A DNA stretch of 40,061 nt. Origin: Mollicutes bacterium. Its GTDB lineage: Bacteria > Bacillota_I > Bacilli_A > RF39 > UBA660. Shown here piece after piece: positions 19,840-29,012 of this stretch. The position numbers and the translations under genes were made by a program. Position 1 is the first letter of the stretch, and the number at the start of each line of letters is the position of its first letter. Below the pieces are notes generated by a model. That model was not told where the DNA came from, did not search any database, and was given only the letters and a program-made list of their open reading frames with translations. The stretch spans positions 1-40,061 of the forward strand of contig JAAYMD010000048.1 of NCBI GenBank assembly GCA_012521575.1, read 5' to 3'.

Positions 19840-20394
19840 ATGAAACGGTTAGAAATAATAATAGGAATTTGTATAATTGTTTTTTTAGTAGCGGCGTGCA
19901 GTATGAATGATATGAATAATACCCCTACAAAACAAGTAGAAATTTTTTTTAAAAAATATCAAATGCTTGATGAAAGTGTGTTAAATGATTTAAATCGTGT
20001 GGTTGCAGAAGAAGAACAATTCAATAATGAGCAACGAGAAAAATATAAAGACATTATGAAAAAACATTATCAAAATTTAATTTATAATATTAAAGATGAA
20101 GAAGTTAATGGAGATATTGCTATAGTTAGTGTGGAAATTGAAGTTACAGATTATTCTCGTATTTTAAGGGAAGCTGAACTATATTTACAACAAAATCCAG
20201 AAGAATTTCAAACTGAAGATGGTGAATTTGATATTCAAAAATATTCTGAATATCGCTTAAATAAATTAGAAGATGCTAGTGAAACGGTAAAATATACATT
20301 AGATATCGGTTTAACTCGTATTGATGAAGAATGGAAAGTAAATCAAATAAGTGAAATTGATGAAGAAAAAATTCATGGGGTATATGAATATTAA
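19840..20394 (+). CDS. Hypothetical lipoprotein
   Basis: Start ATG 19840 behind AGGGAGG; MKR + hydrophobic core + lipobox VAA|C; acidic body. Confidence 0.75.
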   Translation: MKRLEIIIGICIIVFLVAACSMNDMNNTPTKQVEIFFKKYQMLDESVLNDLNRVVAEEEQFNNEQREKYKDIMKKHYQNLIYNIKDEEVNGDIAIVSVEIEVTDYSRILREAELYLQQNPEEFQTEDGEFDIQKYSEYRLNKLEDASETVKYTLDIGLTRIDEEWKVNQISEIDEEKIHGVYEY

Positions 20395-20414
20395 GGACTT
20401 TGTCCTTTTTTTTA

Positions 20415-20442
20415 TTCTAAAATTCTTTTATTTTCATAAGAT
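20415..20442 (+). promoter_or_regulatory. Possible sigma-E promoter of dacB-spmAB
   Basis: TTCTAAA-N13-CATAAGAT; the operon is sigma-E dependent in B. subtilis. Confidence 0.4.
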
Positions 20443-20457
20443 TAACTAGGTGGTTAG

Positions 20458-21531
20458 ATGAAAAAAATAATAATCATATTATTATTCATTCTTATATTCC
20501 CGTTTAAAATCAGTGCTTTAGAAACAAGTGCAGAATGCGCGATTTTAATGGATCAAAAAAGTAAAAGAATTATGTATGCAAAAAATATTCATAAAGTAAA
20601 AAGTGTGGCTAGCATTAGTAAAATTATGACTGCTATTATTGCTATTGAAAGTGAAAAAATAAATGATAAAGTAATAATAGGTGATGAAGTGTTAAGTGCT
20701 TATGGTTCATCTATATATATAAAACCAGGTGAAGAAATAATTTTACTTGATTTGGTATATGGTTTAATGCTTCGAAGCGGAAATGATGCGGCATTATCTA
20801 TTGCTAAATATGTTTCAGGAAGTGTTGATAATTTTGTAAAATTAATGAATAAAAAAGCAGAAGAAATAGGAATAAAAAATACTGTTTTTAATAATCCAAG
20901 TGGTCTTGATAATGAAACTGGTAATTATTCTACCGCATATGATATGGCACTTCTCACCAGTTATGCAATGGAAAATGAATTATTTAAAAAAGTTACAGGA
21001 ACAAAAAGACATGTTGTTAAAACTAATATGAATACATATGAATGGTTTAATAAAAATAAACTTCTTTTTATGTATGAATATGCAACAGGAGGAAAAACAG
21101 GATTTACGGAAAAAGCTAGACGAACTTTAGTGACAACAGCTAGTAAAGATAATTTGGATTTAGTGGCGGTCACACTTAATGATGGTAATGATTTTTATGA
21201 TCATCAAAAGTTATTTGAAGAAGGATTTAATAGTTATAAGAATTATCAAATTCTTAAAGCTGATAAAATTAATATTTTAAATGAAACTTATTATAAAAAA
21301 TCTTTTTATTTAAAAAGAAGTTTTAGTTATCCATTAACAGAAATGGAGGTAGATAATATTTATTTAAAATTTGAATTAGAGAAAAAAAGAGAGTATCAAA
21401 ATGGTGATAAAGTAGGAATTGTTAAAGTAATGCTTGGAAATGAAAGTGTATATGAAGATAATGTTTATATCGGCGAAGAGAAAGAAAAAAAGAAATTTAA
21501 TATCTTAGAATGGTTGAAAAGTTTATGGTAA
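20458..21531 (+). CDS. dacB: D-alanyl-D-alanine carboxypeptidase (spore cortex DacB type)
   Basis: Signal peptide; SISK (SxxK), SGN, KTG; directly upstream of spmAB. Confidence 0.88.
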   Translation: MKKIIIILLFILIFPFKISALETSAECAILMDQKSKRIMYAKNIHKVKSVASISKIMTAIIAIESEKINDKVIIGDEVLSAYGSSIYIKPGEEIILLDLVYGLMLRSGNDAALSIAKYVSGSVDNFVKLMNKKAEEIGIKNTVFNNPSGLDNETGNYSTAYDMALLTSYAMENELFKKVTGTKRHVVKTNMNTYEWFNKNKLLFMYEYATGGKTGFTEKARRTLVTTASKDNLDLVAVTLNDGNDFYDHQKLFEEGFNSYKNYQILKADKINILNETYYKKSFYLKRSFSYPLTEMEVDNIYLKFELEKKREYQNGDKVGIVKVMLGNESVYEDNVYIGEEKEKKKFNILEWLKSLW

Positions 21532-22109
21532 ATAAAATTTGGAGTTTCTTTATTGTAGTAGGGATCGGTTTTGCTCTGCTTACAGGACAATTCGAAAAAA
21601 TAAATCAGATTTTTTTTGAAAGTACTAAAGTTAGCTTTGATTTAACAATGCAAATATTTCCGGTAATTGCACTATGGCTTGGCATTATGAATATTGCTTC
21701 TGTTTCTGGCATGCTAAAAAGAATGTCAGAAATTTTATCTCCATTTTTAGGAAAAATTTTTCCGGAAATACCTCGAGGTCATGAATCACTTAGTTTAATT
21801 GCTTCAAATATTGTTATCAACATGCTTGGGCTTGGAAATTCGGCAACGCCTTTTGGACTTAAAGCCATGCAATCTTTACAAGAATTAAATGATAAAAAAG
21901 ATACAGCAAGTAACAGTATGGTAACATTTTTAATTATCAATACAAGTGGTGTGACAATTATTCCAACGACTGTCATTACTATGCGAATGATGTATGGAAG
22001 TGCTCATCCAACAGAAATTGTAGCAGCGTGTATTATTTCAACATTAATATCTTCATTAAGTGGAATTTTTATTGATTATATTATTAGAAAAAGGAGGGGC
22101 CGTGCTTAA
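21525..22109 (+). CDS. spmA: Spore maturation protein A
   Basis: MVNKIW, LWLGIM.IA, NMLGLGNSATPFGLKAM, IPTTVI..R. Confidence 0.93.
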   Translation: MVNKIWSFFIVVGIGFALLTGQFEKINQIFFESTKVSFDLTMQIFPVIALWLGIMNIASVSGMLKRMSEILSPFLGKIFPEIPRGHESLSLIASNIVINMLGLGNSATPFGLKAMQSLQELNDKKDTASNSMVTFLIINTSGVTIIPTTVITMRMMYGSAHPTEIVAACIISTLISSLSGIFIDYIIRKRRGRA

Positions 22110-22626
22110 TTTAATTTCAGAATTAACAATACCATTATTAGTTGTAATAATTATTCTTTATGCTCTACGAAAAAAAGTTAATATTTATGATGCCTTTGTT
22201 GAAGGTACAACGGAAAGCTTTCAAATGATTTTAACCATTTTTCCTAGCATTTTGGCCATGATTTTTGGAATAAATATTTTTTTAGGAAGTGGTGTTTTAA
22301 CTAGTGTTTTAGATTTTATAAAACCTTTTTTATTGAGTTTGAAAGTACCAGTTGAAATAGTGCCAATGGCTTTAATGAGACCAATTTCTGGAAATGCCAC
22401 TTTAGCGATTTTAAATAATCTTCTTCTTGAATTTGGACCCGATAGTATGATTGGAAGAATGGCTTCGGTAATTCAAGGTTCAACAGAAACAACTCTTTAT
22501 GTTTTAACTTTATATTTTGGAAGTGTAGGAATAAGAAAAATAAGACATGCTATGTGGACCGGACTTGCTGTTGATTTAATAGGTATAATAGCAAGTATTG
22601 GAGTAGTACTTTTCATTTTTGGTTAA
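22102..22626 (+). CDS. spmB: Spore maturation protein B
   Basis: YDAFVEG, MRPISG, GPDS.IGR, GSTETTLYVLTLYFGSVGI; GTG start behind AAGGAGG. Confidence 0.93.
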   Translation: MLNLISELTIPLLVVIIILYALRKKVNIYDAFVEGTTESFQMILTIFPSILAMIFGINIFLGSGVLTSVLDFIKPFLLSLKVPVEIVPMALMRPISGNATLAILNNLLLEFGPDSMIGRMASVIQGSTETTLYVLTLYFGSVGIRKIRHAMWTGLAVDLIGIIASIGVVLFIFG

Positions 22627-22655
22627 ACATCATGTGAAATTCACATGATGTTTTT
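22625..22655 (+). terminator. Intrinsic terminator after spmB
   Basis: AAACATCATGTG...CACATGATGTTT perfect stem plus Ts. Confidence 0.8.
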
Positions 22656-22832
22656 GTAATAATTTAGTAAAGTAGTTTTAAGTCCATCATTAAAAAAAGA
22701 ATTATTATATAATATACTAATATAACAAATGTAAAAAAACAGCGAATATGTTTTTTCTATTTAAATTTGAAGTATAATATTTTTGTGGTAAAATTATATA
22801 GTAATATGGTAAATTAATGGAGGAGAGGTCTA

Positions 22833-23549
22833 ATGGAAAGATTATCAAAAGTTATGTCTAATTATGGTTATTGTTCGAGGCGAAAAGCAGAACAACTTAT
22901 TGCAAATGGGAAAGTTAAAGTAAATGGTAAAGTTGTAAAAGAGCTATGGACGCGTGTTGAAGAAAGTGATCTAATTGAAGTAGAAGGTAGACCTTTAGAA
23001 AAACCAGAAAAAATATATATAATGCTTAATAAACCAAGAGGAGTTATAACGTCAACTAAAGATGATAAAAATCGTAAAACAGTTATTGACCTCATTCCAA
23101 TTGAAAAAAGAATTTATCCAGTTGGAAGATTGGATTATAATACAACTGGACTACTACTTTTAACTAATGATGGAGAGCTTGCTAATTTAATTATGCATCC
23201 AAAAAATAAGATTGAAAAAGTTTATATTGCAAAAATTAAAGGAATTTTAACTAAGGAAAGTATAAAAAAATTAGAAAAAGGAATTGTAATAGAAGGAGTG
23301 AAAACTTCTCGTGCAAAGGTGAAAGTGCGAAAAGTTAATAAAAAGAAAAATAATAGTATCGTAGAATTAACAATTTATGAAGGACGAAATCATCAAGTAA
23401 AAAAAATGTTTAAAGCGGTTGGTCATGAAGTATTAAAATTAAAAAGAGAAAGAATTTCTTTTTTGGAGTTGGGCAACTTAAAATCAGGTGAGTTTAGGTT
23501 TTTAACACCAAAAGAGGTGAAAAAAATATATAATGAAGTTAAAAAATAA
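22833..23549 (+). CDS. rluB: 23S rRNA pseudouridine synthase RluB
   Basis: S4 domain (SRRKAE), NKPRG, PVGRLD, EGRNHQVK; dacB-spmAB-rluB order as in B. subtilis. Confidence 0.9.
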   Translation: MERLSKVMSNYGYCSRRKAEQLIANGKVKVNGKVVKELWTRVEESDLIEVEGRPLEKPEKIYIMLNKPRGVITSTKDDKNRKTVIDLIPIEKRIYPVGRLDYNTTGLLLLTNDGELANLIMHPKNKIEKVYIAKIKGILTKESIKKLEKGIVIEGVKTSRAKVKVRKVNKKKNNSIVELTIYEGRNHQVKKMFKAVGHEVLKLKRERISFLELGNLKSGEFRFLTPKEVKKIYNEVKK

Positions 23550-23562
23550 AGGGTGATTAGGT

Positions 23563-24795
23563 ATGAGAGAATATATTGATAATTTAACGGGTTTGTATGA
23601 TTTATATTACTTGAAAGAACATTATAATGAATACATTGACAATAAAGAGGAGTGTTATTTAATTTCGATTGATTTTAAAAAATTAAAATATATTAATGAT
23701 AATTTTGGTCATGCAAGTGGTGATAAAAGTATTATTACTTTTGCTAATATTGCTAAAGATGTATTTGAGAAATCTTTAGTTGTTAGAAGAAGTGGAGATG
23801 AATTTGTTATTGTTACCGATTTTTCTGTTGAAAAAATTATTAATTGTTTACAATTAATTGTCCAAAAAATTAATGAAGCTCATCAAAAGGGAATAATTCC
23901 AATTAATTTTGAATTCAATAGTGGAATTAAATTATGCGAAAATGATTTTAAAGAAACTCTATATAAATCAGATCTTACTATGTATCATGCAAAGAACAAC
24001 GATTTGTTATATACTTGTTATACACATGATTTATTATTTAAAGTTAAAAATAATAAAAGGTTTATTAGTAAAATTGATGAATTAATTGAAAATAATAATT
24101 TAAATTATGTTATTCAAACTGTTTATGATATTGATGGAAGAAAAACCAATATTAATCAAATTTATACGCGTGATAATAATAACGAATCTATTTTTAAGGA
24201 TGGAAAACTTGAAATTTTAAAAAAATATTACCGTATTAAGCGTATTGATACGAAAAATATGGAATTATTATTAAAGTATGTATTACCAAAGAGTAATAAC
24301 GATGCCAAGTATATGATAAATGTTTATTATGATACAATAATGTCAAGAGAATGTAATTTTTTAAATTATATGAAAAAATTAAAAAGCGAAACTACTTTTA
24401 ATTTTGAAAATTTAATTTTAAATATTAATATTACCGATTACAATGATTCATTATATAAATTAATCGCGGTTATTATTAAATTAAAGGAGACTGGTTTTTC
24501 AATATGTTTAGATAATTTAGATTTCAGCAAACAAGATGTTATTATCTCGCTTTCATCAATGATTACTTTTGAGTATGTAAATGTTTATCGAAAATTGTTA
24601 ATTAAAGCAATGAATGAAAAAAGATATAAAATTGTTTTAGATAGAATTATTAATTTATTATTAGATTTAGGGATTACTCCAATTTTTGTAAATGTTGAAA
24701 AACCAAGTGAAGTTAAGTTTATTAAAGAAATGAGTGACAAATGTTTAATTAGGGGCTATATTTATGGGAAAGAAGAGCAATTAAAGAAAGGTTAG
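23563..24795 (+). CDS. GGDEF-domain protein (SGDEF) with degenerate EAL-like domain
   Basis: D.LTGL, K.IND.FGH..GD, RRSGDEF, DL.MY.AK; the C-terminal half has an EAL-like layout but lacks EAL and DDFG. Confidence 0.75.
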   Translation: MREYIDNLTGLYDLYYLKEHYNEYIDNKEECYLISIDFKKLKYINDNFGHASGDKSIITFANIAKDVFEKSLVVRRSGDEFVIVTDFSVEKIINCLQLIVQKINEAHQKGIIPINFEFNSGIKLCENDFKETLYKSDLTMYHAKNNDLLYTCYTHDLLFKVKNNKRFISKIDELIENNNLNYVIQTVYDIDGRKTNINQIYTRDNNNESIFKDGKLEILKKYYRIKRIDTKNMELLLKYVLPKSNNDAKYMINVYYDTIMSRECNFLNYMKKLKSETTFNFENLILNINITDYNDSLYKLIAVIIKLKETGFSICLDNLDFSKQDVIISLSSMITFEYVNVYRKLLIKAMNEKRYKIVLDRIINLLLDLGITPIFVNVEKPSEVKFIKEMSDKCLIRGYIYGKEEQLKKG

Positions 24796-24826
24796 TTAAA
24801 AGCATAAAAATTATGCTTTTTTTATT
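24792..24826 (+). terminator. Intrinsic terminator after GGDEF gene (repeat copy 1)
   Basis: AAAAGCATAA-AAA-TTATGCTTTT plus T-run; near-identical to 39324-39358. Confidence 0.75.
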
Positions 24827-24966
24827 ATCATAGCAAAAAGTTGATGAAAAATTTTATTATCACCCAATATTAAAACAAAAAAATCAGCATTATATGATAT
24901 CTAGATCATGAAAAATATAGCACAAAAGGATGGGGTTAGAATAAAATAAATAACTCAATTTATTAG

Positions 24967-25008
24967 AAAAAAAAGACAACCCCAAAATAAAAAAAGTTTG
25001 TGGTTGTC
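24967..25008 (-). terminator. Intrinsic terminator for ferredoxin
   Basis: Minus strand GACAACC.CAAA...TTTG.GGTTGTC plus T8. Confidence 0.7.
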
Positions 25009-25048
25009 AACAATTTGTAAAAAAAAAGAACATGTGATTGTTCTTTTT

Positions 25049-25240
25049 TTATTCTTCAACCCACGTAATTGCCTCAGTCGGACAAGCTTCAATTGCTTCT
25101 TCAACAGCTTCAACTAATTCTTCACTTACTTCATCTACTATTACTTGCGCAACATCATCAACTGCAAAAACATCACTAGCAATTGATTCACAAAGTCCAC
25201 AGGCAATACATTTTTCTTCATTAATTTGTGCTTTTTTCAT
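25049..25240 (-). CDS. fer: Single-cluster [4Fe-4S] ferredoxin
   Basis: CIACGLC...ACP; acidic 63 aa; SD GGGAGG. Confidence 0.92.
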   Translation of the reverse strand: MKKAQINEEKCIACGLCESIASDVFAVDDVAQVIVDEVSEELVEAVEEAIEACPTEAITWVEE

Positions 25241-25346
25241 GTTACCTCCCTAAATAATTATAGTTAAAATAAACAGAAAATGCAATATAATGTTCAAAAA
25301 AGTTTTAAATTGTGATATTATAGTAATAAGTGATGAGGTGTTTAAA

Positions 25347-26159
25347 ATGAGAAGTAGAATGGAAAGGTATTATAAAACGGGTAAATATAGAAGTCGCATG
25401 GAAAAAAATCAGGAGTTGTATCGCACCATGTATGATGTTGGTGAATATACCAATATTGAAGGAATTGCTAGTATTGAAAAAACTAATCAAATAGATTTAA
25501 AACAAATTCAAGAATTACTTAGGAAAGTGAATAATGAAGAAAAAAAAGAAATTCAAGAATCTGTAGCAACAAAAGAACCAACCAGTATAAGCACCACTAT
25601 AGAATCCATTTTTGATGATGAGGAAAAAAGTTATGATATTAAAGATGTGTTAAATAAGGCTAAATCGGAAAGAAAAGACACTTCCAGCAAACACCACAAT
25701 TTAGATAATACACAATATAATATTTTGAAAAAATTAAAAATAAATGAAAACAAGGATTATAGTGATGATGAAAAACATGAGTTAAAAGAATTAATTCACA
25801 CCATTGCTAATACTGATATATTGAATAAATTAGAAGATCGGGAATTAAGTTTAGATTTGATTTCTTCATTAAAAGCTGGTGAAGAAACTTTAATTAGAGA
25901 ACGGGAAGAAATGGAAAAAGAATTAAATAAAGAAGATTCAACACAATCAGAAAAAACTGCACAGTTAGATAATATTGATAACTCTTTTTTTACATCAAGT
26001 TTAAATTTTAGCGAAGAAGATTTTGAAGATTTGAAAGACATTGGGAAAACGTTAAAGAAAAATAATCTTTTAATTAAGATATTAACAATTTTGTTGGTCG
26101 TTATAATTATTTCAGTTGCGGGATATGTTGCATATACTTTTTTTGGATTAGGAACTTAA
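25347..26159 (+). CDS. Hypothetical tail-anchored membrane protein
   Basis: ATG 25347 behind GAGGTG; charged low-complexity body; single C-terminal TM; N-terminal SRMER/SRMEK repeats. Confidence 0.75.
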   Translation: MRSRMERYYKTGKYRSRMEKNQELYRTMYDVGEYTNIEGIASIEKTNQIDLKQIQELLRKVNNEEKKEIQESVATKEPTSISTTIESIFDDEEKSYDIKDVLNKAKSERKDTSSKHHNLDNTQYNILKKLKINENKDYSDDEKHELKELIHTIANTDILNKLEDRELSLDLISSLKAGEETLIREREEMEKELNKEDSTQSEKTAQLDNIDNSFFTSSLNFSEEDFEDLKDIGKTLKKNNLLIKILTILLVVIIISVAGYVAYTFFGLGT

Positions 26160-26201
26160 AGGTTCCTAATTTAATTGTTAAATAATGTAGTGAGGTATAA
26201 A

Positions 26202-27257
26202 ATGGATGTACTTGTTGAAAAAATAAAAAAGAAGATGTTAGAAGGTATAAAAGAAAAAGTATTTCCTGGTGCAGTATATGCAATTATTTATAAAGAGAAA
26301 ATATTAACTATTGAAGCAGTTGGTAATAAATCGTTATATCCTAAAAAAGAAGTTAATACTATTGATACTATATATGATTTAGCTTCTTTTACCAAAGTAA
26401 TAGTTACTAACACTTTAATTAGTAAATTATACGAAGAAAAAAGAATTAATTTAATGGATAAAGTAAAAAAATACATTCCAGAATTTAAACATGATGATAT
26501 AACTATTTTTGATTTATTAACTCATTCATCTGGTCTTCCTGCTTTTGTTAATTGGGAAGGAATTAAAACCAAAGAAGAATATATTAATTTAATTTTCAAA
26601 GTAGATAAAGAAGTTTTTCGACATACAAAAGTTATTTATTCCGATATAGGTTTTATTTTGTTGGGTATATTAATAGAGAAAGTAACAGGAGAAACATTAG
26701 ATGAATTAGCCCAAAAAGAAATTTTTGAAAAACTTGGGATGGATAATACAATGTTTAATCCGATTGATAAAAAAAGATGTGCCCCAACAGAAAAAGAAGG
26801 GGATATATACATAAAAGGAGTGGTGCATGATAAAAAAGCTCGACTTTTTAATGGGGTTGCTGGGCATGCCGGCCTTTTTAGTACCATTTTTGATGTTATG
26901 AATTTTGCTTTAATGGTGAAAAATGATGGTAAATTTGGTGGTAAACAATTTATTTCGAAAAAAATAATTGATTTATGGTATAAACCGTTTTTTAAAGATG
27001 ATGATGGAAGATTTCGCACTCTTGGTGGTTGGCTTTATGGACCAACTTCACAAGTGTGTGATAAAATTTCTAAAAAAGCTCTTTTTCAACAAGGCTTTAC
27101 AGGAAGTAGAATGATTATTGATAAAGAAAATGATTTAATCATAATTATGCTTACAAATCGAGTTCATCCAACAAGAGAAAATAAAAAACTGGGGCCATTT
27201 TGGAAAAACTTTGCAACCTTTGTTTATCATGAATTAATTGCTGAAAAAGTAAAATAG
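26202..27257 (+). CDS. Serine hydrolase, beta-lactamase family (AmpC/AmiE-like), no signal peptide
   Basis: ASFTK (SxxK), LLTHSSGL, YSD, G.VHD..A, GHAGLFS, LTNRVHP. Confidence 0.85.
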   Translation: MDVLVEKIKKKMLEGIKEKVFPGAVYAIIYKEKILTIEAVGNKSLYPKKEVNTIDTIYDLASFTKVIVTNTLISKLYEEKRINLMDKVKKYIPEFKHDDITIFDLLTHSSGLPAFVNWEGIKTKEEYINLIFKVDKEVFRHTKVIYSDIGFILLGILIEKVTGETLDELAQKEIFEKLGMDNTMFNPIDKKRCAPTEKEGDIYIKGVVHDKKARLFNGVAGHAGLFSTIFDVMNFALMVKNDGKFGGKQFISKKIIDLWYKPFFKDDDGRFRTLGGWLYGPTSQVCDKISKKALFQQGFTGSRMIIDKENDLIIIMLTNRVHPTRENKKLGPFWKNFATFVYHELIAEKVK

Positions 27258-27266
27258 GTGGTGATT

Positions 27267-29012
27267 ATGAAAGATTTAGTAAGTTTAATAAAATATTTAA
27301 AACCATATAAAAAATGGGCGCTTCTGGCGCCACTATTAGTTTTATTGGAAGTAGTCATGGAATTGATGTTACCTAAAATTATGGCTAATATTGTTAATAT
27401 TGGAATTGGCGGAAGTAACATAGATTATATTTTATGGAATGTCTTTTTAATGATTATTTTATCTATAGTAGGAATTATAGGTGGAATAGGTAGTATTTAT
27501 TTTGCTACGATGGCTAGTGAATCAACGGTAGCGGATATTCGTGAAGATTTATTTACCAAAATTAATAGTTTGTCACTAGTTAATTTTAGTAAATTGAAAA
27601 CAGGACAACTAATTACTATTCTTACTAATGATACTTATTCTGTTAGTAATTTAATAACGATGGTTCTTCGTTTTCTTTTTAGAGTACCAATTATTTTAGT
27701 TGGAAGTATTATTATGGCATTAATTATAAGTCCCCAATTATCATTAATTTTACTTTTTATGACACCAATTTTATTAATTGTTGCTATTTTAATCATAAAA
27801 AAAGTATTTCCTTATTTTACAATTATTCAAAAAACAGTTGATGATGTAAATGCTGTTGTTCGTGAAAATATAGGTGGTATTCAAGTTGTTAAATCATTTG
27901 TCATGGAAGATTATGAAATTGAAAAATTTGATAAGATTAATAAAAAAATGATGGATGTAGTAATTCGTGCTATGCGTTTTGTTGTGCTTGCTATGCCGCT
28001 TATGATGTTATTTATCAATATGGCAACAGTACTAGTGCTTTGGTATGGTGGAAAACTAGTTATGATAGGTGATTTGGAAATAGGAAGTATTATAGCTTTT
28101 ACACAATATTTAACTAACATTTTAATGTCACTTTTAATGATTTCAATGGGCATTGCTGTTACAACAAGAAGTGTAGTTAGTGCCAAAAGAATTAATGAAA
28201 TTTTTGCTTTAACTGAAGATGTTAAGGAATTGGATAATCCAATTAAAAAGGAAAAAATAGAAGGTAAAGTTGAATTTAAAAATGTTAGTTTTTCATATGA
28301 ACAAGGAAGCGGTGACGCTGTTTTAAATGATATTAACTTTGTTGTTGAAAAAGGAAAAAAGGTAGCAATTTTAGGACCAACGGGAAGTGGAAAATCCACT
28401 GTTGCCGCTCTCATTGCGCGATTTTATGATCCAACTGAAGGTGTTGTTTTAATTGATGATATTGATATTAGAAAGTACTCATTAAAAACCCTTAGAAAAA
28501 ATATAGCTGTTGTTTTTCAAAAAACAGTTCTTTTTTCCGATTCTATAAGAAACAATATTAAATATGGTAGGAGAGATGCAACTGATGATGAAGTTGTGAA
28601 GGTAAGTAAAATTGCCCAAGCTCATGATTTTATTACAAAAAAAGAAGAAGGTTATGATTATGTTGTTGAACAGGGTGCGGTAAATTTAAGTGGTGGTCAA
28701 AAGCAAAGACTTTCACTTGCTCGTGCTCTTATTATGGATGCGCCAATTCTTATTTTAGATGATACGACTAGTGCTTTGGATCTGAAAACAGAAAAGAAAA
28801 TAAGAACGACTTTAAAAAAAGAATTAGCAGATAAAACCGTTTTTATCATTACCCAAAGAATCGCAACTGCACTAGATGCTGATATGATTATTGTTCTTGA
28901 TGATGGTAAAATTTCTGGAATTGGTAATCATGATACATTAATTAAAACAAATGAAGTTTATAAAAGTATATATGAATCACAGATAAAAAGTAAAAAGGAT
29001 GTGGTTGCATGA
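27267..29012 (+). CDS. Heterodimeric ABC exporter subunit A (TM287/EfrA-like)
   Basis: TMD + NBD; GPTGSGKS, LSGGQ, degenerate Walker B LDD and switch Q (ITQR). Confidence 0.92.
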   Translation: MKDLVSLIKYLKPYKKWALLAPLLVLLEVVMELMLPKIMANIVNIGIGGSNIDYILWNVFLMIILSIVGIIGGIGSIYFATMASESTVADIREDLFTKINSLSLVNFSKLKTGQLITILTNDTYSVSNLITMVLRFLFRVPIILVGSIIMALIISPQLSLILLFMTPILLIVAILIIKKVFPYFTIIQKTVDDVNAVVRENIGGIQVVKSFVMEDYEIEKFDKINKKMMDVVIRAMRFVVLAMPLMMLFINMATVLVLWYGGKLVMIGDLEIGSIIAFTQYLTNILMSLLMISMGIAVTTRSVVSAKRINEIFALTEDVKELDNPIKKEKIEGKVEFKNVSFSYEQGSGDAVLNDINFVVEKGKKVAILGPTGSGKSTVAALIARFYDPTEGVVLIDDIDIRKYSLKTLRKNIAVVFQKTVLFSDSIRNNIKYGRRDATDDEVVKVSKIAQAHDFITKKEEGYDYVVEQGAVNLSGGQKQRLSLARALIMDAPILILDDTTSALDLKTEKKIRTTLKKELADKTVFIITQRIATALDADMIIVLDDGKISGIGNHDTLIKTNEVYKSIYESQIKSKKDVVA

